This document shows positions 1 through 9,316 of a stretch of 64,000 bases of DNA, piece by piece; positions within the stretch are counted from its first letter, which is position 1; each line of letters opens with the position of its first letter. The notes beneath the pieces were generated by a model. That model was not told where the DNA came from. It saw only the letters and a list, made by a program, of their open reading frames with translations, and did no database searches. Location: contig CBDVAP010000002.1 in the NCBI GenBank assembly GCA_965372015.1, positions 568 to 64,567 of the forward strand, in the 5' to 3' direction. The translations under genes and the position numbers were made by a program. The DNA is from an uncultured bacterium (GTDB lineage Bacteria > Fidelibacterota > Marinisomatia > SCGC-AAA003-L08 > TS1B11).

Positions 1-2110
1 TGGAATCGTACTTAACCGGTGTCCAGGGGAATCCGCTGCCACGGCTGATCCTCCAATCCATAGACCACCGGCCGAACGGTTTCAAGCGCACCACGGTGTT
101 CAACGTATGCCGTTGGTCAAAGTCGCGATAGTAGAAGGCCTCCAACGGTCCTTTCTCTTTGGTAACGCTATAGGAATAGCTTACCCAACCGTACAGCCTG
201 GTTCCGGGGGCCGGGTCTCTTTTCAGGAACAGCTCGAAACCCCGGACGAACCCCACTCCGTCATTGTTGGGCACATTGTTATGTGTTGAATCGGTGGGCA
301 TCACCAGTCTATCCAAGTCCTTATAGAACCACTCCACACTGGCGCTGTAGGCCGGATTCGGCTGCCATTCGAGGCCTGCCAGGTAATGAATGGCCCGCTC
401 GGTTTTTAGCCGAATGGTTTCGAATACGTTCCAGGCGATCTCCTGTTCGAACCTTTCGTAGAGAGAAACAAAGTTCGGCGCCTGGTAAAAGTGACCCCAG
501 CCAGCCCGTAATGCCAGCACGGGCGTCAGCATGAAATTGCCGGCCAGCCGAGGGCTATAGACCCACTCGCCGGTAAAGGTGGAATGGTCCGCCCGCAACC
601 CCAGCGATACGCCTAGCCGTGGTGGGAGCAACTTCCATTCGTCCTGGACGTAATAGGCGGTGGTAGTAGCGGCATTCTGAAAACGGAATTCCCGCTGCAC
701 GTACGCCAGGGTGTCTTTCGGCTGGTGGTCGCCGGGATTGTCCTGATAGTAATTAGTGGAATCGAGGGTCAATGCTACCGTGATATCTGTGATGTAATCG
801 GCCACGCTCATACCCGCTTTCACGGTATGTGCCCGGGTGAAAATGAGAGTTATATCTTCTTTGATCTCCAGTTTGCGCATATCAATATCGAAGCGGATTT
901 TCTGGTTGTCCGTCCTCACCTCGAATGATCGGGTGTCATTGTATCTGGATAACGTCAGGTTAGAAAGGGTTACATCACTGATGGCATTAATCCAGCCCAC
1001 ACTGAAGAGGTCATTATCGGTCTCGTTGGTGATACTGAATAAACTATCCTCTGAAAGGAAATCATCCCCATCCTCCGGCTCCAGGTCCTTGAGCTCCAAT
1101 CCTTCGAGGGAATTAGTAAAATTGATCCTCAGCTTCTGGGTCGGGGATAAGTCATAAGCAATCTTCCCCTGAAAGTCCTGGAAGAATGGAAATATTGTGC
1201 CCCGGGGCATATCCACCAGCCGGTTCAACAGTAGATCGTAGTAGGTTCTGCGGGCCGAAAATAGCCAGGAACCTTCCTCCCCCACAGCCGGCAGCGGTCC
1301 CTCGCCAAAGGCCTTCATATCGATGAGGCTGGCCCCGGCACTATAATTATTGTCAAAGCGGTCACCCTCCTTGTTATGGATCACCAGAACAGCCGACAGC
1401 TTATCGCCGTACTCGGCCGGGAATCCACCGGGCAGTAGCTCCACCGATTCCACGTTATCGGGATTGAACATGCTCACCGGTCCGCCAAACATTTTCAAGC
1501 GGTAGGGATTGAACACCGTCACATTATCGACGATAATCAGGTTCTGATCGGGGGTCCCCCCGCGGACATAGAATTGACTCGAGAGGTCGGAACGGGCCAC
1601 CACACCAGGCAGGGACTGGATAGCCCGAAACAGATCGCCGCCGGCTCCCGCCAACGACTCCACTTCTCCAATCCTGAGCTGTCTGACACTCGTTTCCAAC
1701 CGCTCATGCATCGCCTTTTGCCGCTGGCCGATCACCGTAACGGCTTCCAGATCGATGGGTTGGGCGTCCAGGGCTATGGTCACAGTCGTGATGGAATCGG
1801 ACGCCACCTGAATCTGTCTGATAATCTTCACCCGGTAGCCGATCATTTTTGCATTCAAACGGTAGGTCCCCGGTGGTACGTCGGCGATCCGGTAATTACC
1901 TTCCAGGCCCGTAGCGGCCCCCAGGCGGGTCCCGTCGATAATCAGGTTTACCCCGGCCAGCCCTTCACCGGTTTTGGAGTCGCTGACCCGGCCGCGGATG
2001 ATTCCTCCGGACGCAGCACTGGAACGGTAATTCTGGGCAGGCAGGCCTAGGATTCCTAGCTGGAACAGTACTACTAACGATATTAGGGGAAATTTCCTTG
2101 GCGGACTCAC
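1..2110 (-). CDS. TonB-dependent outer-membrane receptor (C-terminal end runs off the window)
   Basis: Own reverse-strand translation; the ORF is absent from the track because it is open to the window edge. GTG at 2110 gives VSPPRKFPLISLVVLFQLGILGLPAQ (signal peptide). This is followed by a carboxypeptidase-regulatory-like domain (GRVSDSKTGEGLAGVNLIIDGT...GNYRIADVPPGTYRLNAKMIGY), a plug-like segment (DLFRAIQSLPGVVARSD..FYVRGG) and a long barrel-like region. Confidence 0.8.
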   Translation of the reverse strand, partial: MSPPRKFPLISLVVLFQLGILGLPAQNYRSSAASGGIIRGRVSDSKTGEGLAGVNLIIDGTRLGAATGLEGNYRIADVPPGTYRLNAKMIGYRVKIIRQIQVASDSITTVTIALDAQPIDLEAVTVIGQRQKAMHERLETSVRQLRIGEVESLAGAGGDLFRAIQSLPGVVARSDLSSQFYVRGGTPDQNLIIVDNVTVFNPYRLKMFGGPVSMFNPDNVESVELLPGGFPAEYGDKLSAVLVIHNKEGDRFDNNYSAGASLIDMKAFGEGPLPAVGEEGSWLFSARRTYYDLLLNRLVDMPRGTIFPFFQDFQGKIAYDLSPTQKLRINFTNSLEGLELKDLEPEDGDDFLSEDSLFSITNETDNDLFSVGWINAISDVTLSNLTLSRYNDTRSFEVRTDNQKIRFDIDMRKLEIKEDITLIFTRAHTVKAGMSVADYITDITVALTLDSTNYYQDNPGDHQPKDTLAYVQREFRFQNAATTTAYYVQDEWKLLPPRLGVSLGLRADHSTFTGEWVYSPRLAGNFMLTPVLALRAGWGHFYQAPNFVSLYERFEQEIAWNVFETIRLKTERAIHYLAGLEWQPNPAYSASVEWFYKDLDRLVMPTDSTHNNVPNNDGVGFVRGFELFLKRDPAPGTRLYGWVSYSYSVTKEKGPLEAFYYRDFDQRHTLNTVVRLKPFGRWSMDWRISRGSGFPWTPVKYDS

Positions 2111-2319
2111 CGGCCATCCTGTGTTTGTACATGCAATATTACTATCAACGTAGCGCCTGGTATCATGTTTCCCGCGGCTTAGGGATTTCTATCTGGGGAA
2201 ATTCCACTGATACATCATTGCAGATCCTGGGGAACCTATGAATTACTGACGCCCGATACCATGGAAACTGATGGCCGATGGCTCCGGTCTAACGGCCCCT
2301 TCGTGCAACGCGCGAATAC

Positions 2320-2464
2320 CCCCCCTGATGTCATTGCGAGGAAGTCCCGAAGTTTCGGGACGACCGTGGCAATCTCTCTCTCCGCCTGATCGCTGACCAG
2401 TCTACCACGCCAAAGGCGCAGGGCGCACCCAGCGATCGCTGATGGGATTATAGGCCCCCCTGAT
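2320..2464. repeat. Hairpin-rich 125-nt segment flanked by 10-nt direct repeats (cccccctgat at 2320-2329 and 2455-2464)
   Basis: The direct repeats were read directly. The interior contains a perfect palindrome, gtcccgaa/ttcgggac, at about 2343-2360, inside an imperfect longer inverted repeat (cattgcga...ggcaatc). Confidence 0.4.
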
Positions 2465-2927
2465 AGAGTCGGTCTGCCATGCCCGGTAGTCGCCCATCTA
2501 GTCGGAGAAAAGGGTTGCCGCTTAGAGCCTGCGCTAAGGTATGCAATGAAACAGAGTGCGTCAATATATTATCCTGATTGCCGCCACCGGCCGGGCGTTA
2601 CAGATACTCTCCGGCAATCCTAAATTCAGGCTAACTGGAGTTTTACATCAGGCCAATTATCTGCTTGCACTCTTTCACATATTGGCGTAACCTCCGACGG
2701 CTCGAATTTTGGGATCTTTGTTTGATTAATGTCGCTGGCAGTATTACCCTTCCCGCATCATTCCCTTTGACAAAGAAATCTAAGTAACATTGAGCACGAG
2801 TAACCTCATTGCCGAAGTGCATCTTCCCAGGCAACGGGGTCTGGATTAAATCGCAGTGGTTCCTGACGGGGGACAGCCTATGCTGAAACACCTTTCGGAA
2901 CCGTGCAAGTAAGAGGAATCAATCAAC

Positions 2928-3182
2928 GTGAAGAAAATCTACGTTGGAAACCTGCCTTTTAGCGCCACTGAAGGCGAAGTAAAAGAGCTGTTTGAGCAAC
3001 ACGGATCAGTGACTTCTGTCAATCTGATCACCGATCGGGATACCGGGAGATTCCGGGGTTTCGGATTTGTCGAGATGGACGAAGCCGATGCCGATTCTGC
3101 CATCAAAGCGCTGAATGACCAGGATTTTGGTGGCCGTCCCCTGAGAGTCAATGAAGCCAGGGACCGTCAACCAAGACCCTGA
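2928..3182 (+). CDS. RRM-type RNA-binding protein
   Basis: 84 aa with RNP-2 (IYVGNL) and RNP-1 (RGFGFVEM) motifs. GTG start preceded by aagagga. Confidence 0.9.
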   Translation: MKKIYVGNLPFSATEGEVKELFEQHGSVTSVNLITDRDTGRFRGFGFVEMDEADADSAIKALNDQDFGGRPLRVNEARDRQPRP

Positions 3183-3238
3183 GTACCAGGCTCATTGGTT
3201 TAACAAACGTCAGGCTCCGGCCTGATATCTAACTGTCA

Positions 3239-3270
3239 GGGGGCACAATTAATAGTTGTGTCCCCTTTAT
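3239..3270 (+). terminator. Hairpin plus T-run between convergent genes
   Basis: gggggcacaa / ttaatag / ttgtgtcccc followed by tttat. It lies between the RRM gene (+) and the kinase-family gene (-). Confidence 0.5.
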
Positions 3271-3338
3271 CATTTAACCAATCGAAATCCCTAGTCGGAG
3301 CAACTCACCACAGTACCGGGCAATCCAGTTGAAACCCG

Positions 3339-4814
3339 TTAATACTCGAATACGCTCCCGCCGATAAACTCCCGCAGAATGGAGTCCCGGGGGATGGGCT
3401 CCAGGGGAACAGGCGCTACCAGTGACAGAAACATAAGCAGTCGTTGAGCCTTTCCCCAAGCGGGACTGCTCTTTGATACGGCCCGCAATACCAGCTCCGC
3501 CTGGCTTCGCAGCACCCCCAGTTCGAAGACCAGGGCCGAGTTGAACATAAAATCGGCCGCCTCCTGGTACGTGAATACGTGCTTACCCTCACCTCGGCGC
3601 ACTGCAGGCCAGCGTAACAGGGTTTCCTCGGCGTTATAGCCCCTGAACTGGGCGTCGCGCACCAACCGCCGGAGCAGTCGGTTGTCGGAGCTGGAGACCC
3701 TGTGCTCATTATCGATGTTCAGCTGAGTGATGGCACTGACGTAAATGCGCTGGATCCTGTCCGTTCCCAGTTCGTCGGCAAATATGGGGTTCAGGCCGTG
3801 TAGGCCTTCCACCACCAGTAGCTGGTCCGGCCCCAAGCAGATTGTCTCGTCATTGTCGTAGCCCTGTCCGCGCTTAAAGGAGAACCGCCGCCGGGGTATG
3901 GTTTCGCCCGCCAGCAGCCGCTTGATAGTGCTCACCAGCCGCGGGACATCCACTGCCTCAAGTGCTTCAAAATCCAGGCTGCCGTCCGGTTGGGGCGGCA
4001 TATCCGCCCGGTCCAAGAAGTAATCGTCTAAGGAAATTGAAATCGAGTTTAACAGATTGGCCTGCAGCTGAATGGCCAGCCGCTTGGCGAAAGTAGTCTT
4101 TCCCGAGGAAGACGGCCCCGATATAAATACTACTCTTTTACTGGGGTGGTCAGCGGCCAGGCCGGCGGCGATCTCAGCAATCGTCTTTTCGTGGAGCGCC
4201 TCAGCCACCAGGATCAACTCCCGGTCCAGGTTTCCCTCCAGGCGTTGATTGAGCTGTCGCAGGTTGTTAACGTGTAACACCCGGCCCCAATCGTGTCGTT
4301 GCTGGATCACCCGGTACAGCTTGGGACTGTCGCGCATAGGTTCCAGGGGGCCAGGGGTGGGAAAACGCAACACGAATCCGCTGTCGTAAGGTTCCAACCG
4401 AAAACCCTGCAAGGCGGCCATATCGGTAAGCATCGGTTCCAGGCGGTAATCCAGGTAGTGCCCATAGCGGGCGGCGGGCACTTCTGCACGGCCCAGGCGC
4501 TCCAGGATCTCCAGCTTATCGGCTCGCTTCTGCCGCCGGAACCGCTTAGACAGTTTCTCCCGATCCACTGTATCCAGCACAAGCGGGCGTTCCCCGGTCA
4601 GATACTCCCCCATCCTGGCCTCCAGCCGCCCGATAGCCTCGGGATCGTGCTCGTGGTGGATTCCGAAATGGCAGTAGTAGCCCCCGATGAACGAATGCTC
4701 GATGTAGAATTCAAGCTCCGGCAACAACTCCTCTACGGCTGCCGCCAGCAGGAAACCCAGGGTGGCATGCTGAGCACTGGGATCGATGTGGCTGTTGTTG
4801 GGAGGCGCTGTCAT
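3339..4814 (-). CDS. Uridine kinase/phosphoribulokinase-family nucleoside kinase with an N-terminal ThrRS/AlaRS-SAD-like domain
   Basis: 491 aa. P-loop GPSSSGKTTFAKRL in the middle of the protein; C-terminal half is typical of long 'uridine kinase'-annotated proteins. The family call is from recollection of the architecture, not a search. Confidence 0.6.
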   Translation of the reverse strand: MTAPPNNSHIDPSAQHATLGFLLAAAVEELLPELEFYIEHSFIGGYYCHFGIHHEHDPEAIGRLEARMGEYLTGERPLVLDTVDREKLSKRFRRQKRADKLEILERLGRAEVPAARYGHYLDYRLEPMLTDMAALQGFRLEPYDSGFVLRFPTPGPLEPMRDSPKLYRVIQQRHDWGRVLHVNNLRQLNQRLEGNLDRELILVAEALHEKTIAEIAAGLAADHPSKRVVFISGPSSSGKTTFAKRLAIQLQANLLNSISISLDDYFLDRADMPPQPDGSLDFEALEAVDVPRLVSTIKRLLAGETIPRRRFSFKRGQGYDNDETICLGPDQLLVVEGLHGLNPIFADELGTDRIQRIYVSAITQLNIDNEHRVSSSDNRLLRRLVRDAQFRGYNAEETLLRWPAVRRGEGKHVFTYQEAADFMFNSALVFELGVLRSQAELVLRAVSKSSPAWGKAQRLLMFLSLVAPVPLEPIPRDSILREFIGGSVFEY

Positions 4815-4932
4815 AAGACTAGGAAATTAAGGCCCAGATTATACCAGGCGATAAAGTTTTCAGGCTGTTGCCAAGCACCTTATACCGGGGAGATATTGCA
4901 TCGTAATTTCTATCCCGGAGAAAGTCCCCCTG

Positions 4933-6318
4933 ATGGCCCCCAGCAAATCGAACCACCGCGGTTATCGCGGTTTCCCTACCCGCTTCCTAATGCGCCTTTC
5001 AACGGTTGAAGGGGGCTTTTCGCAGGGTCACCAGATCCTCACGGCCGGTATGTTCCTGACTATCCTGGCGCTGGCCTTGGGGGCCCGACCCTGGCAGATC
5101 GGCTTCCTAGCGGCCATACCTCACATGACCCAGGTTTTCCAGCTTATCGGCGCTTACCTGGTGGAGGCCACCGGTCGCCGGAAACTGGTGGCTTTGTGGG
5201 GATCAGCCCTGTCCCGCCTGCTATGGCTGGCTGTGCCGTTGCTGTTTGTGGCCGCGAACCGTTTCGATGTGATCCTGCTCTTCCTGGCCTTGGTGACGGT
5301 CGCCTCAGCCTTGGAACTCATGGCGGGCAACGCCTGGACCACCTGGATGGCGGACCTGATCCCCGAGACCTTGCGGGGACGCTATTTCGGCTACCGCCAC
5401 GCCGTGATGGCCGCTGTGACCATTGCCGTTACCCTCGCCGGTGGACTATGGCTGGAATGGGGCCGGGACAGAATCAGCGAGGCCTGGACATTAAGCTGGG
5501 TCTTATTCGTCGCAGCTATCGCCGGTATGACCGGCTTGGTCCTGCTCACCCGCCAGCCCGACATCCCCCGGCCGCGAGAACGCCAGGCCCCCAAGCTAAA
5601 TGAGCTGATCCTGAGGCCCATGCGTAGCATGGAGTTCCGCCGGGCACTGCACTTCTTCCTGGTATGGAACCTAGCCGTAGGTTTCTCGGCTGCCTTCTTC
5701 CAGGTGCACATGATCCGGGTACTGAGCATGTCATACTTGACCATCGGCCTGTTCCAGTCCATCAAACCGCTGGTGGCCATGTTCATCTACCGCCGCTGGG
5801 GCCTGATCCTGGACCGTTTCGCCGTTAAACCGGTCCTGCTGCTGTCGGGAGGCTTGATTACCATCCTACCGCTACTGTGGTTGTTGCCTACCGAGGGGCA
5901 TATAGGCTGGCTGTGGGTCATCGCCACTATCAGTGGCATCGCCTGGACCGGTTTCAATCTGTCAGCCTACATCTATCCCATGCAGCATTCACCCCGCATC
6001 GGGCGGTCTTACTTCCTGGCGTTTTTCTCCATCGTCAGTGGGATGGGATTCGTGGTAGCCGCCATCGCCGGCGGTCTGGTGGTCGATTATCTGGGTGATT
6101 GGCAGGCAGTAGTGGGCGGCCGGGTATACATGGCCCACCATGTATTGTTCGTCATCACCAGTATCGGGCGTTTGGCCGCCCTGGGCATGTTGTTGCGGCT
6201 GCCCGATGTGGAGGCCCCCGGCGCCATGGCCCTGATCACCCGCATCGGCGCCGGCATCTGGCGCACCGCTTCCCTGGGCCGCCCTTTCCCACGCTGGATC
6301 AAGCGGCGGGATAAATAG
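4933..6318 (+). CDS. MFS-type transporter (start codon uncertain)
   Basis: 461 aa, about 12 hydrophobic segments, with Arg-rich loops between TM2 and TM3 (EATGRRKL). Confidence 0.65.
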   Translation: MAPSKSNHRGYRGFPTRFLMRLSTVEGGFSQGHQILTAGMFLTILALALGARPWQIGFLAAIPHMTQVFQLIGAYLVEATGRRKLVALWGSALSRLLWLAVPLLFVAANRFDVILLFLALVTVASALELMAGNAWTTWMADLIPETLRGRYFGYRHAVMAAVTIAVTLAGGLWLEWGRDRISEAWTLSWVLFVAAIAGMTGLVLLTRQPDIPRPRERQAPKLNELILRPMRSMEFRRALHFFLVWNLAVGFSAAFFQVHMIRVLSMSYLTIGLFQSIKPLVAMFIYRRWGLILDRFAVKPVLLLSGGLITILPLLWLLPTEGHIGWLWVIATISGIAWTGFNLSAYIYPMQHSPRIGRSYFLAFFSIVSGMGFVVAAIAGGLVVDYLGDWQAVVGGRVYMAHHVLFVITSIGRLAALGMLLRLPDVEAPGAMALITRIGAGIWRTASLGRPFPRWIKRRDK

Positions 6319-6445
6319 CACGACCTTAGATGCCGAGTCCAAATAACATGTGCGATCCTTTTACTGGTGAATACGGCCTATAGTTACTAAACTTATCCGT
6401 TTAACGCCTTTATTACCTAATACTTCGAAAGCAAAAGGCATCTAT

Positions 6446-9316
6446 ATGCGATTTGCTATCCTGACACCCTTTTTTTGTTTCGTGTTGATTTTCAGTCCCC
6501 TGTGCGCTGCCGATCCCGGCAATTCTCCATCTGACACTGTCAGAACTGCAACTGTACCATTCGCCTCGACCACCGGTAAGGCCCGATTCACCTTGCAGGA
6601 TATCCTGCGCCTGCCAGTTGATAACTATATAGGCGTCCTGAGCCTGGTACCCACTGCCACCCTGGAAGACGACGGCGTGCGATTCCATAATGGCCGGGCT
6701 GACGAAACCGTTTACCAGCTGGATGGCCTTACGCTGATTAGCCCCCATTTCCGGCAACGACCTATTCCATTGCCCCTATTTGCGCTGGATAACGTTGTTG
6801 CTAAATTGAGCCCCAGCGACGACCAATATTCCTTTGGGGCCTTCGGGGCTGTGGCAATGACCACCTTGGAAGGGGGCGGGAACTTTCAGGCCCAAGCCCG
6901 CTATTCCACCAGCGCACTGGACTTCAGCCGGGGTAATTCCCCGATCAGGCCTGATGAAGTGACGGAGGACCTCCAACGATTGGAGATTGGGCTGAGTGGA
7001 CCGGTGCCGCTCGCTTCCAGGTGGCTCCCGGGGCGCCTTTCGTACCTACTGGCCGGCGATTACCGTGCCACTCAAGGCCGCTTCCTGAATGAGGACGGCC
7101 TGTTTGGCACGGCTTATGGCAAACTTACCTATCGACAAAAGAACTTTAAGCTGCAGATCTTCGGCCTCAACGACCAGGGAAAATACAATTACTTCGATAA
7201 CCTTTGGAAACAGACGGTACGCGAAGACGATCTTTATAGTGGACGTGAGGGATTCGAGAGCTGGGCCGGAAACGGTATCCTGGACACCGAGGATATCGGT
7301 CTTGATAACGGTACTGGTATTATTATCGGCGCCGGCAACGGGCGGATCGACTATATAGATTTAAATGGCAACGGTGAATGGGATGATTATGAGCTCACCG
7401 AGGATTTGAACTATAACGGTCGGGTGGATAGCGAGGACCTGAACCACAACGGCCAGTTGGATACCCATAATATGCTGGACCACCTTGCCGACCTGGAATC
7501 CAAGACCACGCTCACCGGATTTTCCCTGACCCATCGGCTCTCGGACCGCACCTGGTACCAGATCAGCCTGGCCCGGCACAGCACACGGGATTTTCGTAAT
7601 GTGAAAGAAATCATCAATGAAGATTTGGATGGCGACGAGCGGCTGGACGACCAGGATGAATGGGTGCGGAATTTGGATGGTAGTTACTATTGGAGCGATC
7701 TGGACGGCGATGGCTATTTCGACCGCGGCCGTGAGGACTTAAACGGTAATGGCAGCCTGGATGAGTTCGGCTCAGACTTGTTCACCGACCACAATCACAA
7801 CGGTTTCGTGGACGCATCAGAGAATGGGCCATCGCCCCGCAACTATTTCCTCCGCATGGGTTATGACGATCCCGAAAGCGACTGGATGCCCTGGTCTGGT
7901 ATCCCTTACCTAGGGCAAAAGGATCACAACGGATTTTATTCTTACGGAGCAGGCATGACCTGGGACCGTAATGCCTGGGAATTAAATACCAGTTCAGATG
8001 ATCAGGTTCGTTTCCTGCTATCCAGCCGGGCATTACCCCTTCAGCACCTCCTGCTGGGCTTTGATCTGGATCGCTACCGGCTCTTCCATTACCGGGCTGT
8101 AGATCGGTATGGGTATGGCTTCGAGTATGAACGCCACCCATCCGGATGGGGAGTATTCCTCGATGACCGGATTTCGTTCGCCAACGCTTGGATGAAAGTG
8201 GGCTGGCTATATCAATCATTTGATTTTGATTATTCTGCCGCCGCCAACCCTCGTGACCCAACATGGGATTGGGGTGAGGTCTATTTTAGTGGGGATGAAG
8301 ATACCAACAGTAACGGCCGCCTGGACCCCGGCGAAGACCTGAACGGGAACGGTTTTCTGGACCAGGACTGGATACCCGAGAAGTACCAGGTAGGCATTGA
8401 TGGAGATGGCTTTCCAGTGTACTCCGTCTATCCTGGTGATATCAAAGACCCGCGCAGGAGTACAAACTATGCTTCACACAATCCCCGGCTGGCCTTGGGC
8501 GTTAGATTCCTTGGGCGGCACGAGCTCAGGGCTTCCTATGGAGTATATCCCTTGCATCCTTTATCGGCTGGATTCTACAGCGCATACTTTAACTTCAATC
8601 ACCCTTCAATCAATCTGAAGGTACATCGCGAGGTTGTCTATGAGGTCGCTTACCTATACTCTATATTGAAAGGCCGCGGTTGGATAGAATTCAAATATCG
8701 AGCCAGTGAGTGGGCGCAGGATGATACACTTAGAAATGACCGCATTGAAATAAATGAAGGGCAAAACCTTTCGAACATAGACTTCGGTACCGGAGAGTAC
8801 GAAGATTATACGGCGATCTTGATATTACCGAGCCTTAATGTCGGACCGCTGAACCTGAACGGCCGGGGGGTGTATGCTCAGCGGAAATCCGCCAATCCTA
8901 TCGATGGTCGGACGCAAACATTGGCATTGCATGTAGGGGTTGCCACCCTAGAGCGCTTAGGACCAATTCTGGGTGGTTTCAAGTTGAATGCATTTTATCG
9001 TCATACCAGCCAATCCCCAATCCACTTTCATGGGCGGATTGCAGTCGATAGTCTTTCCATGCCGCCCATCGCCACGCTGGATGTCCGTTTGGGCAAAAGT
9101 ATCAGCTTGGGCAGCTCAGTGGCCGAGCTGTTCCTGGATATACGCAACCTGCTCAATCGTAAGAATCTACTCACTCTCGCCGATGAGGAATGGTATGCGC
9201 TTTACGACGGGGACGGCGATGGTGAGCCTGATTACGATCCGATGGGCAAGTACCAAGATCCCAGAGTATATGATCACGGCCGGTTGGTACGACTAGGGTT
9301 GCAGGTCAGTTTTTAG
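6446..9316 (+). CDS. TonB-dependent-receptor-like outer-membrane beta-barrel with Asp/Asn-rich calcium-binding-type loop insertions
   Basis: Signal peptide [22 protein letters not shown]. Plug-like [12 protein letters not shown] region. C-terminal [10 protein letters not shown] ends in an aromatic residue. Multiple DxNxNGxxD / DxDGDG motifs. Confidence 0.7.
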   Translation: MRFAILTPFFCFVLIFSPLCAADPGNSPSDTVRTATVPFASTTGKARFTLQDILRLPVDNYIGVLSLVPTATLEDDGVRFHNGRADETVYQLDGLTLISPHFRQRPIPLPLFALDNVVAKLSPSDDQYSFGAFGAVAMTTLEGGGNFQAQARYSTSALDFSRGNSPIRPDEVTEDLQRLEIGLSGPVPLASRWLPGRLSYLLAGDYRATQGRFLNEDGLFGTAYGKLTYRQKNFKLQIFGLNDQGKYNYFDNLWKQTVREDDLYSGREGFESWAGNGILDTEDIGLDNGTGIIIGAGNGRIDYIDLNGNGEWDDYELTEDLNYNGRVDSEDLNHNGQLDTHNMLDHLADLESKTTLTGFSLTHRLSDRTWYQISLARHSTRDFRNVKEIINEDLDGDERLDDQDEWVRNLDGSYYWSDLDGDGYFDRGREDLNGNGSLDEFGSDLFTDHNHNGFVDASENGPSPRNYFLRMGYDDPESDWMPWSGIPYLGQKDHNGFYSYGAGMTWDRNAWELNTSSDDQVRFLLSSRALPLQHLLLGFDLDRYRLFHYRAVDRYGYGFEYERHPSGWGVFLDDRISFANAWMKVGWLYQSFDFDYSAAANPRDPTWDWGEVYFSGDEDTNSNGRLDPGEDLNGNGFLDQDWIPEKYQVGIDGDGFPVYSVYPGDIKDPRRSTNYASHNPRLALGVRFLGRHELRASYGVYPLHPLSAGFYSAYFNFNHPSINLKVHREVVYEVAYLYSILKGRGWIEFKYRASEWAQDDTLRNDRIEINEGQNLSNIDFGTGEYEDYTAILILPSLNVGPLNLNGRGVYAQRKSANPIDGRTQTLALHVGVATLERLGPILGGFKLNAFYRHTSQSPIHFHGRIAVDSLSMPPIATLDVRLGKSISLGSSVAELFLDIRNLLNRKNLLTLADEEWYALYDGDGDGEPDYDPMGKYQDPRVYDHGRLVRLGLQVSF

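Noticed and set aside
2111-2330. Cobalamin riboswitch upstream of the TonB-dependent receptor (minus-strand AGACCGGAGCC resembles a B12 box; GAAAUCCC is present)
   Set aside because: The B12-box-like string has several mismatches. It also lies on the wrong (5'-distal) side relative to the other weak matches. The GGUG..AA.UCC...GC.G.CCC core and GCCACUG elements are absent.
2336-2350. GAGGAAGUCCCG resembling the RNase P RNA CR-I motif GAGGAAAGUCCGGGC
   Set aside because: No other RNase P conserved regions (P4 3' strand, ACAGAAA, GGUAA loops) are found nearby. The motif is part of a simple palindromic repeat element.
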